A DNA stretch of 64,000 bases, from IMG/VR virus record IMGVR_UViG_3300045988_159790. The stretch is one strand, 5' to 3'. This DNA comes from a virus. Below the pieces are notes generated by a model, which saw only the letters and a program-made list of their open reading frames with translations, did no database searches and was not told the origin of the DNA. Made by a program: the position numbers and the translations under genes. Below, piece after piece: positions 55,398-64,000 of the stretch (within the stretch, counting starts at the first letter, position 1; the number at the start of each line of letters is the position of its first letter).

Positions 55398-55634
55398 ATG
55401 AGTAATGGAATAAATCCAATGCAACTACTTGGAATGATAAAAAATGGTTCTAACCCACAGCAATTAATGCTGTCAATCTTAGAACAAAATCCTAATATGA
55501 AGACATTAACAGACTTAGCAAAAGCTAATAATGCAAATGGTATTGAGAATTTTGTTAGAAATTATGTTAATAGTCAAGGTGGAGATTTTGATAAAGATTT
55601 TAATGCCTTTAAACAAATGTTAGGCGTTAAATAA
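55398..55634 (+). CDS. small hypothetical protein (N/Q-rich)
   Basis: RBS AGGAGG. Confidence 0.5.
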   Translation: MSNGINPMQLLGMIKNGSNPQQLMLSILEQNPNMKTLTDLAKANNANGIENFVRNYVNSQGGDFDKDFNAFKQMLGVK

Positions 55635-55661
55635 ATAAATTTTATAAGGAGGACAAAAGAA

Positions 55662-56444
55662 ATGTTCAATTCAAACAGTGGTTATTCATTAGCCGATATT
55701 GCTGCGGCAACCGGCAATAATAACTGTAACAATGGCGGTTGGAATGACGGAGGTGCCTGGTGGATTATTATCTTGTTCTTATTCTGCTTTGCTGGCGGAT
55801 GGGGAAATGGACGAGGTGGACTCTTCGGAGGTTCAGATTCTACAGGTAGTGGTATAACAGATGGTTATATTTTAACTTCAGATTTCGCTAACATCGAAAG
55901 GAAAATCGACAATGTAAACAACGGTATCTGCGATGGATTCTATGCTATGAATACTGGTATGTTAAATGGCTTTGGTCAGGTAAATAACAATATTACACAG
56001 CAAACAATAGCAGATATGCAGAATACTAACGCAGTAACTGCTCAAATTACCGCGTTAAGTAATCAGATGAGTCAGTGCTGCTGCGATAACAAATTCCAGT
56101 CTGCAACGCAATCAGCTGACTTAAATTATCGCTTAGCTGAACAGAGTTGCCAGACTCGTCAGACTATAGCGGATGCTGCGCAGGCAATAACATTAGGAAA
56201 TGATGCTAATACTCGTAGTATCTTAGCTGCTATCCAGGATATGAATACTCAAGCATTACAAGATAAGATTGCTACTCTTACAGCAGACAATCAGGCTCTT
56301 AAGTTTGCTGCTTCTCAGCAAGCTCAGAATGCATATCTTGTTCACACTTTAGCACCAAGTCCAAACCCAGCATATATTGTTCCTAATCCTTACACAGGAA
56401 ATTATGGATACAATAATTGTGGTTGTTGTGCATGTGCAGGCTAA
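55662..56444 (+). CDS. hypothetical protein with one TM helix, Gly-rich segment, Q-rich helical middle and Cys-rich termini (QCCCDN; NNCGCCACAG)
   Basis: RBS AAGGAGG. Confidence 0.5.
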   Translation: MFNSNSGYSLADIAAATGNNNCNNGGWNDGGAWWIIILFLFCFAGGWGNGRGGLFGGSDSTGSGITDGYILTSDFANIERKIDNVNNGICDGFYAMNTGMLNGFGQVNNNITQQTIADMQNTNAVTAQITALSNQMSQCCCDNKFQSATQSADLNYRLAEQSCQTRQTIADAAQAITLGNDANTRSILAAIQDMNTQALQDKIATLTADNQALKFAASQQAQNAYLVHTLAPSPNPAYIVPNPYTGNYGYNNCGCCACAG

Positions 56445-56460
56445 TTAAAGGAGGTCTATA

Positions 56461-56883
56461 ATGGAGATTACAGCAAATGCAGTTCAGACAGTAACAGCAA
56501 ATTCAAATGTAATATTTACAGACACTCCGGTGTCAGGTAATTGCTCTATTGTTCATAGAGAAGGTTCAGGTCTCGTAAAATTACGCGGCCTGACTTCTAC
56601 CCAATGTAGAGCAAGATTTAGAGCTAGTTTTGGAGCAAATATCGCATTGCCAGATGGCGGTACTGCTGGTCCAATTTCAGTAACTATCTCTCTTGATGGA
56701 GAACCAATCTCCGCTACTAGAATGATTGTTACACCAGCCGCAGTTAGTAATTATTTTAATGTTTCTGCAGATATTTTTGTAGATGTGCCTAAAAATTGTT
56801 GTGCTACAATAGCAGTTACAAATACAAGTGGAGTAACTATCTTAGTACAAAATGCTAATTTAATTGTTGAGCGAGTAGCTTAA
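56461..56883 (+). CDS. beta-sandwich protein resembling C-terminal (C1q/TNF-like) domain of exosporium protein BclA (ends ...NANLIVERVA)
   Basis: RBS AAAGGAGG; all-beta composition; C-terminal ...LIVERVA resembles the BclA ending ...IIIEKVA as I recall it (not checked). Confidence 0.4.
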   Translation: MEITANAVQTVTANSNVIFTDTPVSGNCSIVHREGSGLVKLRGLTSTQCRARFRASFGANIALPDGGTAGPISVTISLDGEPISATRMIVTPAAVSNYFNVSADIFVDVPKNCCATIAVTNTSGVTILVQNANLIVERVA

Positions 56884-56897
56884 AGAAAGGAGTCCTT

Positions 56898-57443
56898 ATG
56901 AATAACTTAAAAAGTATGAAAGAGCAATTAACCAGTGTTGTCCAAGCGCAAATGGGAAATATGCAAAATGTAAATGCTAAAGAGTTAGGCGAAGCTGTTG
57001 ATATGATAAAGGACCTATCTGAAGCTATTTATTATTGCACAATTACAGAAGCTATGGAAGAAAAAGAGAAAGAAGAAATACATTATTATACAGATAAAAG
57101 ATATCCAGATTACTATAGAGACGTAGATAGAGAATATGGAAGAATGTATTATGATGACAAACCTGGTGCGGGAACTGGATATACTGGTACACGAATGATG
57201 TATACAGAACAAATTCCAAAGACAATGATGCGTGATTCTAGAGAGGGTAGAAGCGGTATGAGCCGCCGCATGTATATGGAATCTAAGGAAATGCACAAAG
57301 ATAGTACTACTCAAATGCATGAATTAGATAACTATATTAAAGAATTAGGTAGTGATATCACAGAAATGATAAAAGATTCTACTCCAGAAGAAAAACAAGT
57401 TCTCCAACAGAAAATAGCTAATTTAGCTGCAAAGATAAAATAA
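56898..57443 (+). CDS. hypothetical Tyr/Met/Arg-rich low-complexity protein
   Basis: RBS AAAGGAG; YYTDKRYPDYYRDVDREYGRMYYDD. Confidence 0.5.
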   Translation: MNNLKSMKEQLTSVVQAQMGNMQNVNAKELGEAVDMIKDLSEAIYYCTITEAMEEKEKEEIHYYTDKRYPDYYRDVDREYGRMYYDDKPGAGTGYTGTRMMYTEQIPKTMMRDSREGRSGMSRRMYMESKEMHKDSTTQMHELDNYIKELGSDITEMIKDSTPEEKQVLQQKIANLAAKIK

Positions 57444-57760
57444 TGAAAATAAATGGTATTGATTGGAGGGTTTATTTTGTTGAAAAAGATAATGAAAAAT
57501 TACAAAGAAGTGATGGCTCATATACCCTCGGTTCATGCGATAATAATACTAATATTATTTATCTTAGAGAGGATTTGTATGGAAGGTCATTAAAAAAAGT
57601 CTTATGTCATGAACTAGCGCATGCGGCAATGTTTTCGTATCAAATTAATTTGACATTAGACCAAGAAGAGCTAATTGCAGATTTTATTGCAACTTATGGA
57701 GAAGAAATTATTGATATTACGAATTTTCTTTTTAATAAATTAAAGGAGAGGTCTTATTGA
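57443..57760 (+). CDS. small HExxH zinc metallopeptidase-like protein (SprT/ImmA-like)
   Basis: CHELAHAAMF motif; TAATG overlap with previous gene; stop inside bidirectional terminator hairpin. Confidence 0.5.
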   Translation: MKINGIDWRVYFVEKDNEKLQRSDGSYTLGSCDNNTNIIYLREDLYGRSLKKVLCHELAHAAMFSYQINLTLDQEELIADFIATYGEEIIDITNFLFNKLKERSY

Positions 57761-57780
57761 CCTCTCCTATTTTTTTGTTT
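57745..57780. terminator. terminator hairpin at convergence of rightward and leftward arms
   Basis: GGAGAGGTCTTATTGACCTCTCC + TATTTTTTTGTTT on plus; sits between convergent genes. Confidence 0.7.
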
Positions 57781-58304
57781 TAAAAAGCAGATTTACTAGG
57801 TATACTATTAGCTTTAACTTTTTGGGCATTTGTAGTCCCATTTACTAAATAGGCATCTAAGATGCAAATAGCATCTGCTTCATCATCATTTACTATTTTA
57901 TTATAATTATTTTTTACATATTCTATATCTGCCGCTTTTAACCTATCTCTTGTTATTCCACGTCCCGTATGAATACCAATAGCACTTCTCCAAGAGCTTG
58001 GTAGTATAGTCTCAATTTTTATATTTTTATTATATTCCCAAACTGCAACTCTTAAACATCCTTGTAACCAATTTAATTTTTGATTAACTGTTGAATTATG
58101 CGTATACTCTGCATGAACTTCTTCTATTACTATTATATCTATATTATATTTTTTTATAAGTTTTAGTATCTCATCTCGCATATATGCAATTCTTTTCTCT
58201 ATTGATGTACTTGCGGAAGCTATACATCCTGAGTCTCTTACTTCTTCACTTTTAATACTCCAACCTGTTGATTTAGTACTGGCATCTAATGCTAATATAT
58301 TCAT
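57780..58304 (-). CDS. RuvC-like Holliday junction resolvase
   Basis: N-terminal ILALDASTKSTGWSI and C-terminal DDEADAICILDAY catalytic motifs; RBS AGGAGA. Confidence 0.8.
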   Translation of the reverse strand: MNILALDASTKSTGWSIKSEEVRDSGCIASASTSIEKRIAYMRDEILKLIKKYNIDIIVIEEVHAEYTHNSTVNQKLNWLQGCLRVAVWEYNKNIKIETILPSSWRSAIGIHTGRGITRDRLKAADIEYVKNNYNKIVNDDEADAICILDAYLVNGTTNAQKVKANSIPSKSAF

Positions 58305-58454
58305 TGTTTTTTTCTCCTATCTAAAATTTGATTTAAAAAAATCCAAAACCTAATTTTGTTTTCTATTTACGAGTGTCTGCAACCTGAGCAGATTTTTTCT
58401 CTTACATTTAGTATATCAAATTTTTTCTTTAGAGTCAATGAGTTTAATGTAGAA

Positions 58455-58489
58455 AATAAAAAAAAATGGAGAGTGAATTAACACTCTCC
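58455..58489 (-). terminator. intrinsic terminator after dut-region genes
   Basis: GGAGAGTGTTAATTCACTCTCC + TTTTTTTTT on minus. Confidence 0.8.
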
Positions 58490-58729
58490 ATCAAACATAC
58501 AAGTAAAATTTTTATTTCCTTTATAGTAATATTCTTTCATCATCTTATTATGATAATATTCTAAATCTCTAAAAGTAACAAATTTATTTCCAAAATCATC
58601 ACGTATATCATTGGCAACAATTTTTTCTGCTGTTATCACTCCAGTACTTAAATTACTTGCATCAATAGTAGTTGAAATATTAGTTATTTCCGGAAGAACC
58701 AAAACCGCCATCTCCTCTATCTGTTTCAT
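58478..58729 (-). CDS. small hypothetical protein overlapping 3' end of dut in another frame
   Basis: ORF only; no clear RBS; ends at terminator 58455-58489. Confidence 0.3.
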   Translation of the reverse strand: MKQIEEMAVLVLPEITNISTTIDASNLSTGVITAEKIVANDIRDDFGNKFVTFRDLEYYHNKMMKEYYYKGNKNFTCMFDGEC

Positions 58730-59138
58730 TCAAATCATTAACTTCTGTGAATTCCATTGATTGATATGGTAATAAAATCATTTGCGCAATTCTATCCCCA
58801 GGCGAGATAACTGTATTTCTATTCGAGTCATTATGAATAGCTACGATAACTTCGCCTCGATAGTCACAATCAACCACACCTACGCAATTAGCTGGTCTAA
58901 GCCCTTGCTTAGTAGCCAATCCGCTTCTAGCAAAGATTCCTGCAAAGAATCCTTCAGGTAACTCAAAAGCTAAGCCAGTTCCAATTTTAACAGTTTCTTC
59001 AGATTTTATTGTAATTGGAGCATCTATAGCTGCATAGAGGTCATATCCGGCAGCATACTTTGAACCCTGAGTAGGAATAATAGCATCGTCCCGCAATTTT
59101 TTAACATTAATCATAAATGTATTACTTAAAAGACTCAT
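58680..59138 (-). CDS. dut: dUTP diphosphatase
   Basis: AAGYDLYAA, GVVDCDYRGEV, RGDGGFGSSG dUTPase motifs; RBS GGAGGA. Confidence 0.95.
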   Translation of the reverse strand: MSLLSNTFMINVKKLRDDAIIPTQGSKYAAGYDLYAAIDAPITIKSEETVKIGTGLAFELPEGFFAGIFARSGLATKQGLRPANCVGVVDCDYRGEVIVAIHNDSNRNTVISPGDRIAQMILLPYQSMEFTEVNDLNETDRGDGGFGSSGNN

Positions 59139-59431
59139 TAATCTTCATCCTCCTCATCATTCCTTGCTATTGTTGGGAAACTGCCAAATTTTCTTGAATA
59201 ATCTACTGAAATAGTAGAATCTGGTTCTTTCTCTTCCTGGAATACTCTATTAAGAGTAACACGATACCATGACTGAACAACTTCACCTTTAACCTTCTGC
59301 TCTTTATATTCTGATGAATATTTTGCTAAAATAGAAGTTTTTTCATTTTTAGCTTCTTCAATAAGAGCTTTTGCTTCAGACTCTGAGTCTACTCTCCATT
59401 GCTCTTGTGTTTTTATTAAATATTTTGACAT
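59138..59431 (-). CDS. hypothetical protein
   Basis: 97 aa ORF with AAAGGAG RBS. Confidence 0.5.
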   Translation of the reverse strand: MSKYLIKTQEQWRVDSESEAKALIEEAKNEKTSILAKYSSEYKEQKVKGEVVQSWYRVTLNRVFQEEKEPDSTISVDYSRKFGSFPTIARNDEEDED

Positions 59432-59445
59432 TTTATTAACTCCTT

Positions 59446-59706
59446 TTATCTCGAAACAATATTTATATTCAAATCTTCACAATCATACTTAGTAAAGAAA
59501 TCTTTTTTATATTTTTCAAGATAAGCTGTATTTCCTACTAAGTCTATATCATTTATTGAATACTCTTTACAAAAACCAATTATAGCATCGACTAAAGAGT
59601 CAGTAGGCGCAGATTGTAACTCTACGCCTATACCACGCTTATAGATAGCTATTGTTTGGTCATAATCTCCTATATTAAACAATACAATTATTTTATCCAT
59701 TAGCAC
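59446..59706 (-). CDS. hypothetical protein
   Basis: 86 aa ORF with AAGGAG RBS. Confidence 0.5.
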   Translation of the reverse strand: MLMDKIIVLFNIGDYDQTIAIYKRGIGVELQSAPTDSLVDAIIGFCKEYSINDIDLVGNTAYLEKYKKDFFTKYDCEDLNINIVSR

Positions 59707-60068
59707 TCAATTACTCCTTGTGACCAATCTGCTAAATAATATACAAAGCTATCATTTAACTGCGGATTTCTTATCCATATCTCATAGGCATCTCCCTCAG
59801 ATTGCTTAATAATATCCATAACCTCTCCAAGAGAATGAAGAATTTCTGATAACTTTAAAGTAATGTTATCCCAATCTGCATTCTTGCAATTAAACAATGT
59901 ATAATAATGTGTTTCATTATTTACAAGTATAAAATATGTCTGTTTATCACTCATATATCCAGAAACTTGATTAAGCTTTTTATTATACTCAAGGGGGTCT
60001 AAAGGCTGACCTTGATTTATAATCTGTTTATTAATCTCATATATAGTTCCTAACTGAATATTAGCCAT
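59700..60068 (-). CDS. hypothetical protein
   Basis: 122 aa ORF. Confidence 0.5.
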   Translation of the reverse strand: MANIQLGTIYEINKQIINQGQPLDPLEYNKKLNQVSGYMSDKQTYFILVNNETHYYTLFNCKNADWDNITLKLSEILHSLGEVMDIIKQSEGDAYEIWIRNPQLNDSFVYYLADWSQGVIEC

Positions 60069-60119
60069 TCTTTTCTTACCTTTCTTCTTTTTATTAATTA
60101 TATCATAAATTTTTAAAAA

Positions 60120-62288
60120 TTACAAATGTAATACTCTATCTCTTATTTCTTCTGTTCTCCCCTGATTCCAAAAATTCGTGCCTATATATCCACATGTTCT
60201 TCTGGCAACATTCATCTTGCTAGTATCTGTATTACCGCAGTTAGGACATCTCCAATAAAGTTTATGATTGTCATCTTCTTCAATCATTATTTGACCGGTG
60301 TATCCACAACATTGACAATAATCAGATTTGGTGTTAATTTCTGCATACATAATATTGCCATAAATAAATTGTAAAACTGATTCAATAGCCTCAATATTAT
60401 TCTGCATATCTGGAACTTCAATATAACTGATTGCACCACCAGGAGAAAGTTTCTGAAATTCTGATTCAAGTTTTAATTTCTTAAAAGCATCTATTTTCTC
60501 TCTTACACATACATGATAAGAATTTGTAATATAATCATGGTCTGTTACATTTTCAATAATACCAAATCTTTTCTTCAAACATTTTGCAAATTTATATGTT
60601 GTTGATTCTAGAGGGGTTCCATATACAGAATAATCTATATCTTCTGCAGCTTTCCATTGTTCGCATTTATCATTAAGATACTGCATTACGGATAAAGCAA
60701 AATGCTTTCCTTCTTCTGTAGTATGAGATTTTCCTAACATTCGATATGTCATTTCATATAATCCTGCATAACCTAAAGATATAGTGGAATAACCATGATA
60801 TAATAATTCATTAATATTATCATCCTTACTTAATCTTGCTATTGCGCCATGTTGCCATAATATTGGTGCAATTTGAGAAGATGTATTTAATAATCTACCA
60901 TGTCTACATTTTAAAGCTATATGACATAATTCAAGTCTTTCCTCTAATATTTTCCAAAATTCATCAAAATCTCCATTAGAAGAACATGCAACATCTACTA
61001 AATTAATAGTAACAACACCTTGATTAAATCTGCCATAGTATTTACCTTTATTTTTATCATAATTTAAGGCATGAGCATAATTTTCCTTCATTCTATCAAC
61101 TGTCAAGAAGCTACGACAGCCCATACAAGGATATAAATCGCCTTCCTTAATTTCTTTTTCAATCTTATTAGAAATATAGTCTGGAACCATTCTTTTAGCA
61201 GTACATTGAGCAGCTAAGTGTGTTAAGTACCAATATTTACTATCTTTATGAATATTTATATCATCAAGAGCGTAAATTAATTTAGGAAAAGCCGGAGTAA
61301 TATAAACACCTTTTTCATTCTTTACACCTTGTATTCTTTGTTTTAACACTTCTTCAATAACAAGAGCTAAATCTTCTCTGTCTTGTCCTTCTTCAGCTTC
61401 TATTAAGTTCATATAAACAGTAATAAAAGGAGCTTGACCATTTGTAGTCATCAAAGTAACTATCTGATATTGTAAGGTTTGAACACCTGCGCGAACATCA
61501 TTTAAAACCATTTTTTCAATAGTCTCTTCTGAAAGCTCTGGATAATCTTTTCTAAATTTCTTTCTACTTTCTTCAACAAAAGGAGATAAATGAGCTAAAC
61601 TTACTGACTGTCCTCCATATTGAGAACTTGCAACTTGAGCAATTATTTGTGTGGCAATGTTACAAGCTGTTGAAAATTTATGAGGTTTATCAATCTTTGT
61701 TTTACTTATAACAGTTCCATTTTGTAGCATATCTTCCAAATTTATTAAACAGCAATTATAAATTCTTTGAATAAAATAATCTGCATCATGGAAATGCAAA
61801 ATTCCTTTTTCATGAGCATCTACAATTTCCTGTGGTAATAGAAATCTTTTAGTTACATCTACTGAAACTTCACCAGCTACATAATCTCTCTGTGTAGTAG
61901 CAAGCATTGCGTCCTTATTTGAATTTTCATGTAAATAATAATCATTTGAAGAATCTACAATTTCATTAATTGTGTCATCTATTGTATTCTTTCTTTTTTT
62001 ATTTCTTTTTTCACGAAATAATATATAAGATTTTGCCACATCTTTTCTTTTTGTTGACATAAGACCTTTTTCAACATAGTCTTGAATCTCTTCTATTGTT
62101 AAAGTTTTTTCTTCTGCAATATCGCTAATATAATCTGCAATATTACCAGCTTTCTCAATAGCATAATCATCTACATTACCATTGTCAACATCTTTAAACG
62201 CGGCAAGCACAGCATCAATAATTTTATTTCTATCAAATTTCTGTACTCTTCCATCTCTTTTTATAATAGTTTTCATTAGAACCTCCAT
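60120..62288 (-). CDS. nrdD: anaerobic ribonucleoside-triphosphate reductase (class III RNR)
   Basis: N-terminal ATP-cone, C-terminal Zn ribbon CQCCGYTG...CPNCG and glycyl-radical motif RRTCGYIG; RBS GGAGGT. Confidence 0.93.
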   Translation of the reverse strand: MEVLMKTIIKRDGRVQKFDRNKIIDAVLAAFKDVDNGNVDDYAIEKAGNIADYISDIAEEKTLTIEEIQDYVEKGLMSTKRKDVAKSYILFREKRNKKRKNTIDDTINEIVDSSNDYYLHENSNKDAMLATTQRDYVAGEVSVDVTKRFLLPQEIVDAHEKGILHFHDADYFIQRIYNCCLINLEDMLQNGTVISKTKIDKPHKFSTACNIATQIIAQVASSQYGGQSVSLAHLSPFVEESRKKFRKDYPELSEETIEKMVLNDVRAGVQTLQYQIVTLMTTNGQAPFITVYMNLIEAEEGQDREDLALVIEEVLKQRIQGVKNEKGVYITPAFPKLIYALDDINIHKDSKYWYLTHLAAQCTAKRMVPDYISNKIEKEIKEGDLYPCMGCRSFLTVDRMKENYAHALNYDKNKGKYYGRFNQGVVTINLVDVACSSNGDFDEFWKILEERLELCHIALKCRHGRLLNTSSQIAPILWQHGAIARLSKDDNINELLYHGYSTISLGYAGLYEMTYRMLGKSHTTEEGKHFALSVMQYLNDKCEQWKAAEDIDYSVYGTPLESTTYKFAKCLKKRFGIIENVTDHDYITNSYHVCVREKIDAFKKLKLESEFQKLSPGGAISYIEVPDMQNNIEAIESVLQFIYGNIMYAEINTKSDYCQCCGYTGQIMIEEDDNHKLYWRCPNCGNTDTSKMNVARRTCGYIGTNFWNQGRTEEIRDRVLHL

Positions 62289-62362
62289 TATTTTTATATT
62301 TTTGAGTCTATAAATATATAACTTTTATTATATAAAAGTTATATATTTTTGACCAATGGAAA

Positions 62363-62635
62363 CTATTCTGTGTAACCTAATTTTACATCATCACTAGGTC
62401 TTGGTATATCACATAGTTCCTTATATTTATTGATATACCAATCTGATTTCCGCATATCTTCCTCACCATTCTTAAAAAGCGCTCTTTTTCTATATTTCCA
62501 AGCATTTAATTTACAAAAAGATTTAACCTCTTCTTTACCAAAAAGTAAAATCATTTCATCTATACATTCCATAGACCCTTCTCTACAATAATGAGAAGGG
62601 TGGTTTACAGCATCATGTTTTTGTGATTCTGACAT
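62363..62635 (-). CDS. DUF3310-family phage protein
   Basis: NHPSHY signature near N-terminus; RBS AAAGGAG. Confidence 0.6.
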   Translation of the reverse strand: MSESQKHDAVNHPSHYCREGSMECIDEMILLFGKEEVKSFCKLNAWKYRKRALFKNGEEDMRKSDWYINKYKELCDIPRPSDDVKLGYTE

Positions 62636-62647
62636 TTTTTATCTCCT

Positions 62648-64000
62648 TTAATCATAATATTCTTCTTCTTCAAAAGCGTCTACAGATGTCCATCTTTCAT
62701 GGGTAATTTGCATTTTATCTCCCATAACATTTGTAATTTTATACAACTGATGCGCATTTGTTGATTTATAAGTTTTTCCAACAAAAGTATCTTCTCTTCT
62801 GAAGCCTGTTATCATTAACATTGTTCCTCGTGTGAACCAACCTTTTTCCATAACAGTTTTAGTTCCATCAGGGTTTCTTCTACTAATCTGTTTTTTAAAC
62901 ATTGCATAATACTCTCTTGTAAATTTTACATTCACAACACCTGTTGTTGTTAATAAAGAAATTGATGATTTACTATCATTCTTTGCAACTACAGTACCAA
63001 TAATAGTAGAAAGTTTAAAGATTGGAATTCTAGACTTTCCTCTCTTAAAGAAGTAGTCTACTTCTGGTTCTGAACTTAAATCATTAAAATCACTTAATCC
63101 ATAAGTATATTTATTTATATTACTTAATTCATGTGGATGGAAATAAAAACATAAAGATTGCATTTCCCAATGCGAAATTGTTCCTAATGCATATTTATTC
63201 CACATTTGTTTAAATAATAATAAATTATAATCATACAATAATTGATTTTGGTTTTCAGATAACCATGCTCTTACCATGTCCATTTTCTTTTTATAATAAT
63301 TGTCCCAAACTGTTTGTTTAAAACAAATATAATTATTTATATTTTCTGTATCATTCATAGCTTCAGGGATAAATTTTTCTATAAAGCTAATACAACTTCC
63401 ATCTAAAACATAATATAAACCTGTTCGATGAGTTTTTAGATACTTATTAAAATTATATATTCTCACATATAACTCTAAATCTTTTGGAACTAAATTATTT
63501 TGTATTAAGCCATTAAAATTCTGTAATGTTAATTTCTTTTTAGGCTCGCAAACTTGACTAATATAATATATCATAATAGATTGTCTATTAGAAAAATCTT
63601 TATCAACTTCATCAAAAGCTCCACTCTTAATCAAATTAATCATTGCCGTTTTTGGTAATTGTATTTTAAACATAAAGTCTTTTATACCATAAAATGGTCT
63701 TAATTGTTTAATTACATCTATTGTATTTTTATTAATTCCACTAATAGCTTTTAATCCATACAAGATTCGATTATTTTCAACATCTGGCTTAAAACCATAA
63801 TCCGAAGTATTTATATTAACAAGAGATACTTCAATTCCCTTTGATGTAATCGCGCCAATGGCTTTTGCTATTTTTGTATAATCAGTACCTTTTTCTTTTT
63901 TCTTTAACTCATCTTCATTATCATATTCATACTCTATATCTTCATCTTCTTCAAGAGACCCGCTATTTACAACTAAGCACGCAGTATCCCAATATATAGG
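62648..64000 (-). CDS. DNA polymerase III alpha (DnaE-type) C-terminal region, gene continues off window
   Basis: Frame open upstream of track start (TTG 63763) to the window edge, with ...GFKPDVENNRILYGLKAISGINKNTIDVIKQLRPFYGIKDFMFKIQ...IKSGAFD matching the DnaE helix-hairpin-helix/PDVN region, then OB-fold-like C-terminus. Confidence 0.75.
   Translation of the reverse strand, partial: PIYWDTACLVVNSGSLEEDEDIEYEYDNEDELKKKEKGTDYTKIAKAIGAITSKGIEVSLVNINTSDYGFKPDVENNRILYGLKAISGINKNTIDVIKQLRPFYGIKDFMFKIQLPKTAMINLIKSGAFDEVDKDFSNRQSIMIYYISQVCEPKKKLTLQNFNGLIQNNLVPKDLELYVRIYNFNKYLKTHRTGLYYVLDGSCISFIEKFIPEAMNDTENINNYICFKQTVWDNYYKKKMDMVRAWLSENQNQLLYDYNLLLFKQMWNKYALGTISHWEMQSLCFYFHPHELSNINKYTYGLSDFNDLSSEPEVDYFFKRGKSRIPIFKLSTIIGTVVAKNDSKSSISLLTTTGVVNVKFTREYYAMFKKQISRRNPDGTKTVMEKGWFTRGTMLMITGFRREDTFVGKTYKSTNAHQLYKITNVMGDKMQITHERWTSVDAFEEEEYYD

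Noticed and set aside
54975-57760. Holin/endolysin lysis cassette
   Set aside because: No amidase, lysozyme or peptidase catalytic motifs and no typical two- or three-TM holin; the only TM protein (55662..56444) is 260 aa with long Q-rich and Cys-rich regions, unlike holins. The lysis genes are presumably outside this window.
58478-58729. Treating 58478..58729 as a confident gene
   Set aside because: Kept only at low confidence: it overlaps dut in another frame and lacks an RBS; could be a spurious frame upstream of the terminator.
1-64000. tRNA/rRNA genes
   Set aside because: Scanned intergenic regions (5060-5330, 6357-6975, 7492-8065, 54764-54974, 58305-58477) for GGTTCGAATCC-like T-arms, CCA ends and cloverleaf pairing; nothing resembling a tRNA found. 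A covariance-model scan (tRNAscan-type) would be decisive.

Overview
This 64 kb window is a contiguous segment of a tailed dsDNA phage (Caudoviricetes, siphovirus-like: it has a tape-measure protein and no sheath gene). GC is about 30% and nearly every gene has a strong AGGAGG-type RBS. Together with the LRR_5/BspA-type domains, this suggests a Clostridium-like Firmicute host (inference). No rRNA, tRNA, CRISPR, integrase or reverse transcriptase was recognised. The window has three blocks. (1) 1-8400: a leftward early/ORFan region of about 15 small genes, including a DEDDh exonuclease and a HAD phosphatase. It is organised by four copies of a ~250 bp regulatory cassette. Each copy has two tandem minus-strand sigma70-consensus promoters around a conserved 27-nt leader motif. 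Each copy also has a perfect convergent plus-strand promoter followed by two co-varying hairpins, placed next to the upstream gene's intrinsic terminator. This block also holds iteron/palindrome clusters (CTAACT-N-AGTTAG) and other repeated structured elements. (2) 8440-57760: a rightward late/structural operon. In order: two Zn-ribbon proteins, terminase large subunit, a free-standing DUF559/Vsr-like endonuclease insertion, portal, scaffold, capsid proteins, connector proteins, major tail protein with a predicted +1 frameshift Ig-like extension, chaperone-position genes, a 3110-aa tape measure, and a large baseplate/fibre set. The fibre set includes two paralogous LRR_5 proteins flanking a YadA-like beta-roll repeat protein, tandem small paralogs and a 22-aa-repeat fibre. 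This is followed by a separate five-gene cluster of low-complexity Q/P-, Cys- and Tyr-rich proteins plus a BclA-C-terminal-domain-like beta-sandwich protein (spore-coat/exosporium-like), and an HExxH peptidase. The operon is punctuated by strong intrinsic terminators and internal consensus promoters. (3) 57780-64000: a leftward replication/nucleotide-metabolism block: RuvC-like resolvase, dUTPase, anaerobic RNR NrdD, DUF3310, and a DnaE-type polymerase C-terminus that runs off the window.
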